From the IMG/VR virus record IMGVR_UViG_3300022777_000060: DNA of 22,370 nucleotides; one strand, 5' to 3'. Made by a program: the position numbers and the translations under genes. The notes under the pieces were generated by a model. That model worked only from the letters and a program-made list of their open reading frames with translations. It was not told the origin of the DNA and ran no database searches. Source of the stretch: a virus. This document shows positions 6,544 through 14,195 of this stretch, one piece after another (within the stretch, counting starts at the first letter, position 1; the number at the start of each line of letters is the position of its first letter).

Positions 6544-7076
6544 TGCTTCGATACGTCATGACGCTTGCCGTTGGAGCGCTGATTGGGATTGGGTTCCAAC
6601 AGTACACACAGCCGAAAACCGTTGCGGTGTTCGACAAAGAAACGAAGTATGAACGTGCGGCAGAGTGGATTGCTCGTGCGCTGTACTCCGAATCGAAGCT
6701 TCTGTCGAACTACGAGTACATCGCGTGGACGATCCGAAACCGCATGACTTCCGGTGATTATCCGGCTACAGCAAAGCAAGTTGTACTCCAAGAGGATCAG
6801 TTCAGCGCCTTCAACGACCCCAATAAGGTTGATGAACTGACGGCGATGACCTATCCGGAGACGAAGAGCACATATTTCCGAAGGGCATACCGAATCGCCT
6901 TGTACGTGCTCAACTCTGACCGATCTGTGAACCCTATGCCCGGAGTCACGCACTTTTACATGGAAGATACGATGGAAGAAGTCCACGGCGTTGAGAAGCC
7001 TCATTGGGCACGTGGGCGGGAACCTTACTTCTCGAACGGCCAAACTAACTACTTCAAAAACGTTCAGGCACCATGA
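6543..7076 (+). CDS. SleB-like cell wall hydrolase (Hydrolase_2 family) with N-terminal signal anchor
   Basis: IARALYSES (catalytic Glu), IAWTIRNR, YPAT..QVV.Q..QFS, THFY, PHWA motifs. Confidence 0.85.
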   Translation: MLRYVMTLAVGALIGIGFQQYTQPKTVAVFDKETKYERAAEWIARALYSESKLLSNYEYIAWTIRNRMTSGDYPATAKQVVLQEDQFSAFNDPNKVDELTAMTYPETKSTYFRRAYRIALYVLNSDRSVNPMPGVTHFYMEDTMEEVHGVEKPHWARGREPYFSNGQTNYFKNVQAP

Positions 7077-7309
7077 AACAAGGAAACGTTTGGGACAACC
7101 GAATGACTGGATACCAAGTCGACGAGTTCAAGTTGACTTTTGACGGCCGAGACTGGACTGTTCGCCGGATCACGTATCACGACACCGGCGACGTCGAGTA
7201 CAAGCGGCGCAACATCAATCAGTTTCATACTCGGTTTGAAGAGCCGCCAGAAGAATGGAAAGACGCGATTGACCGTGTGATTGACGAAGACAAGCCCTTC
7301 AAGGTATGA
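7073..7309 (+). CDS. hypothetical protein
   Basis: ATGA overlaps at both ends. Confidence 0.7.
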   Translation: MKQGNVWDNRMTGYQVDEFKLTFDGRDWTVRRITYHDTGDVEYKRRNINQFHTRFEEPPEEWKDAIDRVIDEDKPFKV

Positions 7310-7587
7310 TTACAGCAAGAGCCACATTTGAGTCACCGGGTGGCCATTTCACCATTCAAAAAGCGATTGCCGCGCCCGAGACGTTCGGAGAAATGATCCA
7401 CCTATTTTTCCGGAAAGGATACACGATCGGAAATCACGAACAAGAAGATCACTGGTATCCCGTGTTCGATCGGGAAGTCTCGGCTACGTATTCGCCAGAG
7501 CTTCGAGAACGAATCGCGAAGCAAAAGTATTGGGAATCAGAACTCCATCCAGTAACATTCAACGGGTATCCATATGAAAACGACTGA
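7306..7587 (+). CDS. hypothetical protein
   Basis: Coupled start; fits the operon. Confidence 0.7.
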   Translation: MITARATFESPGGHFTIQKAIAAPETFGEMIHLFFRKGYTIGNHEQEDHWYPVFDREVSATYSPELRERIAKQKYWESELHPVTFNGYPYEND

Positions 7588-7893
7588 CTTCACAGGGCTG
7601 ATTATTCCAACGGTTTCAATGATTTTGGCGAGCCTTACCTTTTCCGGAATCATGTGGTCGGGATATATTCTCGGCGTCCTTGGGCTGTTTGCGATTTCGA
7701 TAAGTGCTGCAGTTCCAATGATGATGACATCGGCTGATCAATTGAACTTCGCGTTCGGAATCGTTGAGCTTGCTATAAACGGATATTAACTGCCGGAATG
7801 CTTATATTTTCCGGCTGGTTTCTTCCTGCTTTGTTTTATTCGGTTTCGGTTATGATTGACGCCGCACTTTTTTTGGTAGCAAACAATGATTGA
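7574..7893 (+). pseudogene. multi-TM membrane protein gene split by a 1-nt frameshift near 7783 (or sequencing error)
   Basis: Frame 1 stops at 7789; the -1 frame continues ILTAGMLIFSGWFLPALFYSVSVMIDAALFLVANND* to 7893, overlapping the next start. Confidence 0.6.
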
Positions 7894-8137
7894 TAAAGGT
7901 AAATTAGTATGTTTGGGTAGGGTTATTAGTGGGGGGAATTCATATCCAGTTGTGATTGGGAAAGTAGTGCTTTCACATGAAGAATGGGTGGTTGTGGAGA
8001 CAACTTACCCAAAAAACTTCAACAAAACTTCTTGTGGAAAGAAAGTTGATGGCTTGATTGTCGACAATTATGAAAGCTGTATTAAATTTCAACAGTTGGA
8101 GTCTTTATTGATGACGCACGAAAAACGATACAAATGA
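7886..8137 (+). CDS. hypothetical protein, AT-rich; last + strand gene
   Basis: 83 aa ORF in operon position. Confidence 0.6.
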   Translation: MIDKGKLVCLGRVISGGNSYPVVIGKVVLSHEEWVVVETTYPKNFNKTSCGKKVDGLIVDNYESCIKFQQLESLLMTHEKRYK

Positions 8138-8149
8138 GAAAGCTTTCTC

Positions 8150-8184
8150 CGCTTGGGAAAGGATCAAGCATCCTGGTTGCCGAT
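8150..8184 (-). pseudogene. stranded former 3' end and trailer of the major capsid gene (IGNQD)
   Basis: Minus strand ATC GGC AAC CAG GAT GCTTGA..CCTTTCCCAA GCG versus capsid end ATT GGA AAT CAA GAC (CGG GTA TAA) GCTTGA..CCCTTCCCAA AAGCG. Confidence 0.7.
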
Positions 8185-8220
8185 AAATTAAACTATTTCA
8201 CTATACGTCATTCCGAAACA

Positions 8221-10056
8221 TCAATTGACTTTCCATACCATTTCTTTCGAAGCATTTCCAAAGTGGCTTTGGCTTTTTGCCAATGGCCACTTTTTCTTTT
8301 TGTTGGTGATCATATCTTCGCGAACTTTCAAAAACAGATTTTCAAAACGAGAAAGTCCGGTCAAGAAGTCGTTCCAATTTGAAAGATCGTGGCCATTCGA
8401 ATAGATCTCTGTATTTGGATAAGGTGGAGAAGTAAATGTCATGTCCGGATCTGGAAGAGACTTCGGTGAAATTGATTGTTGTTTGTCATTGATTACTTGA
8501 AATTCTCCTGGAAGCTCTTTTCCCAATGATTCAAGTTCCTTACATGTTTCTGGATTTTGTTCGATGCCAATATATATTCCATTTGGATAAAGGCTTTTAA
8601 ATCCAAGAAGACGAGATCCAAATCCCGCACATGGATCAATGACGGTTGGATTGTTTGTTTCCAGAAAGAAGTCATAAATGGAAGCAGCAACAAGAGGTTT
8701 CAGAAAACTAACAACATACCTCATTGACGCCATTCCTCTTCGAATGGATTTCATTGAAATGTCAAACACTTCTCCACGTTCATTGAGTCCAATTCGGTCT
8801 CGAATCACTTTTCTCAATTTCAAACGATCATTCCAACATTCAACTGGACTGTCAGAGTTGGTGAATGACGTTTTCCAAAAGCTTTCAAACCTTGATTTCA
8901 GCAGCGAATTTCCGACTGACCAAATGTTATTTCGAAATCCTGTTTTCGTTCGAGTTCGAGACAAATCATAATTCCGAATTTCATCGACCACCTCGTTCAA
9001 ATTTCTCTTTGAAGATGGCATCGGAAAATCATCAATTACATCTTGACAAAAAGTTGTAATTGATCCAGAAATGTCTCGAAGCTTTTGATCATCAGATACT
9101 TGATTTAGATAATTCGAAGAGATAATGACATCTGAATCTGACCACTCATATGAAGCATCATAAGCAAATTTCGGAATGTCATTTATAGACTGAATACTGT
9201 CGATACTGTGCGGCCGAATTCGAAATAAAGGATCGATTGCTTGATCTTTTTTGTAATCGTTTATGACTCCACGAAGACGTTTATTGTTAAGTTTTGTTTT
9301 ATCATCTGGGTGCCAGTATTCTCCATCCACTTCAACATACCATTGTTTGTCCGGAAAGTAGAAGTCGACAATTCCGGCTTTCGTTTCATGTTGTTTTTCG
9401 CAATCAAATTTTGAATAGAACTCTTTTTCAGGTTTTGTCTCTTTTGTTTGTGGAGACCCTCTGGAAATGGCCTTTTTTTTCATTTCTTTTTTTGATCTCT
9501 GATCATGGTGTCGGCCATACATTGGGTTGTTTTTTCCTTTTGTATTATGACCATTTACATAATCTCGAAAATACGGATGATTATGTACAAAAGAAGTTTT
9601 TTCTCCACAGCCGCATTCGCATTTTGGATGATTGCCGTTATGAATATACTTGACGGCGTATTTCTCTTTTGATGAAATCTTGTGATCTTTTTTTAGATGA
9701 TATGTTAGTTTTTTTTCACTAGCCAGTTTTTCGTTGCAAATTCGGCATTCAACGTCGTCATATTTTTGTTCGCGAAGTTTCTTTTTCCGAAACTCAGAAT
9801 GATTTTCAACATACTCATCAACTGTCAATCCATGACTGTGTTTGAGATGAGTCGCCATTCCAACTGAAGAATACGTGTTTTCACAAATCTCACATTCTAC
9901 ATTTGAGGTTTTCCTTTCTCCTTTTGACGAACGATCTTTTCGAAATTCACCAAATTGACTTACATATTTTTCTATGGAGATTTCATGACTGTGTTTGATG
10001 TGATTTGGAAATCCTTGTGGAGAAAATTCGTCATCGCACATTTCACATTCAATCAT
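8221..10056 (-). CDS. fusion: 3x C2H2-like Zn fingers + NUMOD3-like + Vsr/DUF559-like PD-(D/E)XK nuclease + amino-DNA methyltransferase
   Basis: CxxC..HxKxxH x3; PKCECGCG..NGHN..NNPMYG; TKPE..VDFY..VEVDGEYWH..KD; IDPCAGFG (motif I) and TSPPY (motif IV). Confidence 0.85.
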   Translation of the reverse strand: MIECEMCDDEFSPQGFPNHIKHSHEISIEKYVSQFGEFRKDRSSKGERKTSNVECEICENTYSSVGMATHLKHSHGLTVDEYVENHSEFRKKKLREQKYDDVECRICNEKLASEKKLTYHLKKDHKISSKEKYAVKYIHNGNHPKCECGCGEKTSFVHNHPYFRDYVNGHNTKGKNNPMYGRHHDQRSKKEMKKKAISRGSPQTKETKPEKEFYSKFDCEKQHETKAGIVDFYFPDKQWYVEVDGEYWHPDDKTKLNNKRLRGVINDYKKDQAIDPLFRIRPHSIDSIQSINDIPKFAYDASYEWSDSDVIISSNYLNQVSDDQKLRDISGSITTFCQDVIDDFPMPSSKRNLNEVVDEIRNYDLSRTRTKTGFRNNIWSVGNSLLKSRFESFWKTSFTNSDSPVECWNDRLKLRKVIRDRIGLNERGEVFDISMKSIRRGMASMRYVVSFLKPLVAASIYDFFLETNNPTVIDPCAGFGSRLLGFKSLYPNGIYIGIEQNPETCKELESLGKELPGEFQVINDKQQSISPKSLPDPDMTFTSPPYPNTEIYSNGHDLSNWNDFLTGLSRFENLFLKVREDMITNKKKKWPLAKSQSHFGNASKEMVWKVN

Positions 10057-10068
10057 TATACTTTTTGG

Positions 10069-10076
10069 TTATATAT
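10069..10076 (-). promoter_or_regulatory. ATATATAA putative late-promoter box
   Basis: 12 nt upstream of the ATG and downstream of the capsid terminator. Confidence 0.55.
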
Positions 10077-10115
10077 GAGATATGCCAAGTGGATTATTGA
10101 ACCAGAATGTGAAAT

Positions 10116-10152
10116 AAAAAAAAAGCGTCTCGGTGAATACCGAGACGCTTTT
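10116..10152 (-). terminator. intrinsic terminator of the capsid operon
   Basis: Perfect 14-bp inverted repeat 10121-10134/10139-10152 with a U9 tail on the minus strand. Confidence 0.9.
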
Positions 10153-10178
10153 GGGAAGGGTTCGCTTAGTTTTCAAGC

Positions 10179-11948
10179 TTATACCCGGTCTTGATTTCCA
10201 ATAATTACGAGCCCGTAGAACTCTGGCCTGACGATCCGCTTCGCGTAGCGCGTCATGACTCCACGTCGTGGCGTGAAGTTGTTTGGATCATACACAATAG
10301 GAGTCATCATGAGTGGCACGTAAGGTGCGTACACTGCGCCGGTTTCAAGGAAGTTCTCACCTCGGAATCCGACGAGCATGATGTCCTCAAGCATGTAAGG
10401 GTTCTTGTAAACCTGGAAACGGTTGTAGAGCGTACCAACTCGCTGAACGCCCATAGCGAAGTTGAACTCGTCACCGCCCGTGTCTACGCGATATCCTTCA
10501 ATGCTCTCAAGGATTGTAGCAACGTCAGGGGAGCAGACGATGAAGTTCGCTCCACCACGCATTGTCTTCTGGTGGATTCGGTTGCTTACACGCTGGATCT
10601 TGTTTCCAAGGGTCTCGAACCACTCACTCTTCGTTCCCGTGTGAGTGCCAAGATCCTCAAAGTTTCCAGTGTTCGGGTTGTACTCGTATCCAGGAAGTGC
10701 GCTCCAGTACTCCTTGGTAAGCGCGTTCTGAATGAGCATGTCAAGGATCTCAAGGTCAATCTCCATGCTGATGTACTCACTGAGCATCGATGTCAGCTCA
10801 GCCTCAGCGTCAATGGAGTGATAAGCGTTGAGGTCCTGTGCAAGCTCCGGAGTCCAGACTGCCTTGAGCTTACGGGTCTTCGCAACAATCGGCTGCTGCT
10901 CAAGATCGAAGTCGATCTCTGGAATGTCCAGAATCTCGTAGGTCTCGTTCTGGAGACTGTCAGGTCCGTGCGTGCTTCCGCCAGCGACGTTAGGGTTAGG
11001 AGATTGATCCTCAAAATCACCCCTGTCGAAGTCTTGTGGCTGCTGGTGCCAGATTACCGTCACTTCGGAAGGTGGGGTATCAATCGTGTTTGGAATAGTA
11101 GTTCCATCCGGAGTAGTACTTCCACTGTCACCAGATGTGATGCTACTATCAAACTCAACGACGAACTCGACTTCGCTCACGTCAGATCCCGGCCCTTGAT
11201 TACGTGGGTTCGGGTTCGATCCGTTGTTGTGGATCGTGTGGCGTGGGAAGAACTGAACGATGTCGTCGTGCTCGACAACAAACGCTCGAATACCTTCGAA
11301 GTCTGCCGTGTCATTCACGTTGACCGTAAGGAATCCGAGATTTGCGAGTCGCTGCTGGGTGCTTCCGTCACCGATTTGAAGAAGGTTCTCGTCACCCTCA
11401 AGCCGTTCCAAAAGGAACTCGCCAGCTGGAAGCTGACTTGCAAGTGTTGCATTCACAACGCTTGCGGAGTTGTCGGTGCGGTCGTTGATGGAGTATCCGA
11501 AGCGTCCTTCACCGTAAAGACCGCCCTCTGGCTCGTCCTCGACGGAAGTATCTCCATGAACGAAGTCACCAGAGTTGAACTGGGACTGGCTCGTTCCGTA
11601 CTTGAAGTCAAGGTAGAAGATAAGGCCGGACGGAAGGTTCATCGGCTGGACGGAAACAAACTCCTTCGCTACGATTTCACCGAAAATACGGCGAACGAGC
11701 GGAAGGGCGACTCCAGACCATTCCTCAGATCCCTCTGCGGTTCCGGTTCGAGTTGCCTCTTGAATAAGTTGGTTGTACTGGTTCTCAAGCAGGATAGACA
11801 CGCCGTGAACCTCGTGGTCATCCTCAAGGCCGTCAAGCAGCCCGGTCGGTGCCCATTTGTTCACAAGCTCGCGACTCTGTTCGAGAAGAGCCTTCTGAGG
11901 GGAGCTACCCTGCGAGAACTTGGAAAGATCAAGTTGAGTATTACTCAT
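10179..11948 (-). CDS. major capsid protein, T4 gp23-like
   Basis: LPLVRR, VSVQPMNLPSGLIFYL, AKTRKLKAVWTPELAQDLNAYHSIDAEAEL, YAPYVPL, PRRGVMTRY motifs. Confidence 0.97.
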   Translation of the reverse strand: MSNTQLDLSKFSQGSSPQKALLEQSRELVNKWAPTGLLDGLEDDHEVHGVSILLENQYNQLIQEATRTGTAEGSEEWSGVALPLVRRIFGEIVAKEFVSVQPMNLPSGLIFYLDFKYGTSQSQFNSGDFVHGDTSVEDEPEGGLYGEGRFGYSINDRTDNSASVVNATLASQLPAGEFLLERLEGDENLLQIGDGSTQQRLANLGFLTVNVNDTADFEGIRAFVVEHDDIVQFFPRHTIHNNGSNPNPRNQGPGSDVSEVEFVVEFDSSITSGDSGSTTPDGTTIPNTIDTPPSEVTVIWHQQPQDFDRGDFEDQSPNPNVAGGSTHGPDSLQNETYEILDIPEIDFDLEQQPIVAKTRKLKAVWTPELAQDLNAYHSIDAEAELTSMLSEYISMEIDLEILDMLIQNALTKEYWSALPGYEYNPNTGNFEDLGTHTGTKSEWFETLGNKIQRVSNRIHQKTMRGGANFIVCSPDVATILESIEGYRVDTGGDEFNFAMGVQRVGTLYNRFQVYKNPYMLEDIMLVGFRGENFLETGAVYAPYVPLMMTPIVYDPNNFTPRRGVMTRYAKRIVRPEFYGLVIIGNQDRV

Positions 11949-12026
11949 AGTTTTTATAGGTTTTGTGATTCAGTTCGTGTAACTTTCTATTGAATCTCTG
12001 TGTGTAATGCAAGCTGAAGTGGCTGC

Positions 12027-13622
12027 TTACTTGAGGTTAGCGAGCTTCTGGAAGCGATCCTTCAGGTCACTATTCTCGTTCAGGATTTGCTTCTGATCGT
12101 CGGATGGCGTCGTGGAACCACCTGTCTTCTCAGAACCAAGGCCACTTTCAAGTGCTTCAACAAGCTTTTCCTTCTTGTCGGACTTGCGGCTCTCGTTTAC
12201 CTGCTCGGTGGAGCCGTTCTTTTGCTTATTGAAGTTCTCGGCAAGAGTTGTGTAAATCAACTTTGCCTCACGAGTGTTGGAAGCGCGATCGAACGATTCG
12301 ATCACCTTCATCTTCTGACGGTCATTCAAGCCGAACTTCTTGAATAGCCGGTTCGTGTAGAGAAGCTTGCTGTTAATGAGATTCGTCTCATTGATCTTTT
12401 CTCGCAGGATTTTGATAGCCTGGCGATGCTTACCTAGCTCCTCTTTAAGCTCTTCGTTTTCGTGGCGAAGCTGCTCTGCTTCGTTGAGTTCGTCGACCGT
12501 CGATTCGTCCTCTTCAAGAAGAGCGGAAAGGTCGTACTCGATATCTTCCTCGTACATGTTCTCCGTGTCGTCGAGAGGCTGGTCAAGACCTTCGGTTCCG
12601 CTTCTCTCATCGGATCCGCCTCCCGGAGCCTCTGGATCATATCCACCTCCACCTACGTCAACACCCTCGCCAGCTTCGGCGTCGATGCCTGGATCGGTTT
12701 CGGTGTCATATGGACCGGAAACGTCAGCCATTCCATCCATGGCCTCACGGTCAGTGTCAGTAACCCCAAACTCGTTGAGGTCAACGTCAAAGACCGTCTC
12801 GTTTTCTTCCATAGAATCCATAGAGTCCATATCCATCATATCCATGAACTCTCCCTTGGACATATCCATGTGGTCCATGAATTCGCCCATAGACATGTTC
12901 TCCATATCCATAGAGTCCATGTCCATGTTGTCCATAGACTCACCTTCGTCAAGTACCTCAAGGAAGGCTTCGACCATTTCGTCTTCAAGCTCTTCTTGAA
13001 GCTCGGTTTCTTCTTCTAGTTCTTGTGCGATTTTGTTTACGTCGTCCATAATGGCAGATTGGTTATCTGATTCATATCCGTCCTCGAATTCTCCGGTGTC
13101 GAGCATGTCGTCGTCGTACATGTATTCGTTGTCGTCCGAAAGGTCGTCGGACGTATCTGGATTGTCGTGGCGGTCGTCCATTGACGCCGCTTCAAGGAAC
13201 TCCATCACACTTTCGAGATCGAGTTCATCTTGATCCGTGATTTCCTCCATTTCTTCTTCGTCTTCGGGCTCTTCTTCACCCTCTGGTTCCTCATCCCCGT
13301 CTTCGATGTCGACTTCAACGTCTTCGTCGTCGCCGTCACCATCAACGTCGGATTCGGTTTCACCTTCGTCGTCGATGTCGGAAAGGTCAAGCTCGACCTC
13401 ATCCTCTTCGCCTTCAGGATCTTCTTCGTAGTCCATCTCTTCGTCTTCGTCTCCCTCCATCTCTTGCTGGATGGTTTGAGAGAGCATCGACTGAAGCTTC
13501 GGAGTGAAAGCCTCTTCAAGATGGTCTTTTGCGTTTTCAATCGCTGTCTCACGGATCGTCTGTGCGTCAGCGACGGCCTCTCGGAAAAACTCCGAATCAA
13601 ATTCTTTGTTTTGTTCGCTCAT
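12027..13622 (-). CDS. prohead core/scaffold protein
   Basis: Directly upstream of the capsid gene; EAVADA..AIENAK..LEEAFTPKLQSML N-terminus, very acidic middle, coiled coil and LxE-rich C-terminus; start placed at ATG 13622. Confidence 0.8.
   Translation of the reverse strand: MSEQNKEFDSEFFREAVADAQTIRETAIENAKDHLEEAFTPKLQSMLSQTIQQEMEGDEDEEMDYEEDPEGEEDEVELDLSDIDDEGETESDVDGDGDDEDVEVDIEDGDEEPEGEEEPEDEEEMEEITDQDELDLESVMEFLEAASMDDRHDNPDTSDDLSDDNEYMYDDDMLDTGEFEDGYESDNQSAIMDDVNKIAQELEEETELQEELEDEMVEAFLEVLDEGESMDNMDMDSMDMENMSMGEFMDHMDMSKGEFMDMMDMDSMDSMEENETVFDVDLNEFGVTDTDREAMDGMADVSGPYDTETDPGIDAEAGEGVDVGGGGYDPEAPGGGSDERSGTEGLDQPLDDTENMYEEDIEYDLSALLEEDESTVDELNEAEQLRHENEELKEELGKHRQAIKILREKINETNLINSKLLYTNRLFKKFGLNDRQKMKVIESFDRASNTREAKLIYTTLAENFNKQKNGSTEQVNESRKSDKKEKLVEALESGLGSEKTGGSTTPSDDQKQILNENSDLKDRFQKLANLK
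12807..12935 (-). repeat. Met/Asp-rich low-complexity tract in the scaffold
   Basis: MDNMDMDSMDMENMSMGEFMDHMDMSKGEFMDMMDMDSMDSME: 16 Met in 43 aa. Confidence 0.9.
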
Positions 13623-13653
13623 TGTATTGAGGAATGGATATCGTTGTGCGCTA

Positions 13654-13756
13654 TCGACATTATTAGGAATGTCGAGTTGGCCGAAAGTGAAAGTCGCACC
13701 CTGTATTGGACGACAGAGTATTCGACGGTTGGCGAAAGATCGCCAATGCTTCACCC
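13654..13756 (-). promoter_or_regulatory. structured 5' leader of the scaffold-capsid mRNA
   Basis: Hairpins at 13729-13746, 13693-13726 and 13654-13675 between the ATATATAA box and ATG 13622. Confidence 0.6.
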
Positions 13757-13764
13757 TTATATAT
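13757..13764 (-). promoter_or_regulatory. ATATATAA putative late-promoter box
   Basis: Intergenic, immediately 5' of the structured leader of the main structural operon. Confidence 0.6.
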
Positions 13765-13865
13765 GTTTTGTTAACTTATCTTTCATACACTTCAACCGAC
13801 CTATCACGCCATGCTGTCAAACTGCCTCGTGATAGGCTTTCATCGGTCATTTAGGGCACACTCTG

Positions 13866-14195
13866 TCACTTCATAATCTCAAGAAGTCGGCCGAAAAGTC
13901 CTGCAGGATCCGGCAACTTTGATGTTTCTTCAATCTTTCGGCCGTTGCTGTTAAGGTAGTGAACTTCCCCGCCCTGCATGACTCTGGCGGTAGCGGCTGC
14001 ACTTCCATTCCTTCGCGCTTCAACCTTCAACGCGTATCCGTAGTCTCCCATGTAGTTTTTCTCAATGAAAATGGTCGCGTTTGGAAGATACGGAAAGTCA
14101 TAAACGCCACTTCCGTTTGAGCCGCCAAGGTACTGCTCAAGATCTCTCTTGTAGTTTTCTAGTGCCGATTCCAGCAGGATCTGTTTGAACTTCAT
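13866..14195 (-). CDS. hypothetical head-module protein (MKFKQILLE N-terminus)
   Basis: TAATG coupling with the upstream gene. Confidence 0.75.
   Translation of the reverse strand: MKFKQILLESALENYKRDLEQYLGGSNGSGVYDFPYLPNATIFIEKNYMGDYGYALKVEARRNGSAAATARVMQGGEVHYLNSNGRKIEETSKLPDPAGLFGRLLEIMK

Larger units (their letters stand above)
8185..10202 (-). mobile_element. ~2.0-kb nuclease-methyltransferase cassette inserted at the capsid gene 3' end
   Basis: AT-rich gene flanked by two synonymous versions of the capsid C-terminal codons 2018 bp apart; boundaries approximate. Confidence 0.6.

Noticed and set aside
8136-8149. Perfect palindrome GAGAAAGCTTTCTC at the convergence of the two transcription directions
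   Set aside because: Short, without a U-tail; it may be a decayed terminator but cannot be supported as a feature.
8134-8382. 82-aa + strand ORF with ATGA coupling
   Set aside because: It runs antisense through the stranded capsid-tail remnant and 162 nt of the MTase gene; better explained as a shadow ORF.
10191-11993. 600-aa + strand ORF and other long antisense ORFs over the capsid and scaffold genes
   Set aside because: Mirror-frame products of biased codon usage, with no motifs.
13623-13754. 44-aa N-terminal extension of the scaffold from the ORF track
   Set aside because: Its composition is unlike the protein and the region is filled with hairpins directly after a promoter-like box; treated as 5' UTR.
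13793-13849. Hammerhead ribozyme (CCGAUGA resembles CUGAUGA)
   Set aside because: No correctly placed GAAA / stem III / UH cleavage triplet.
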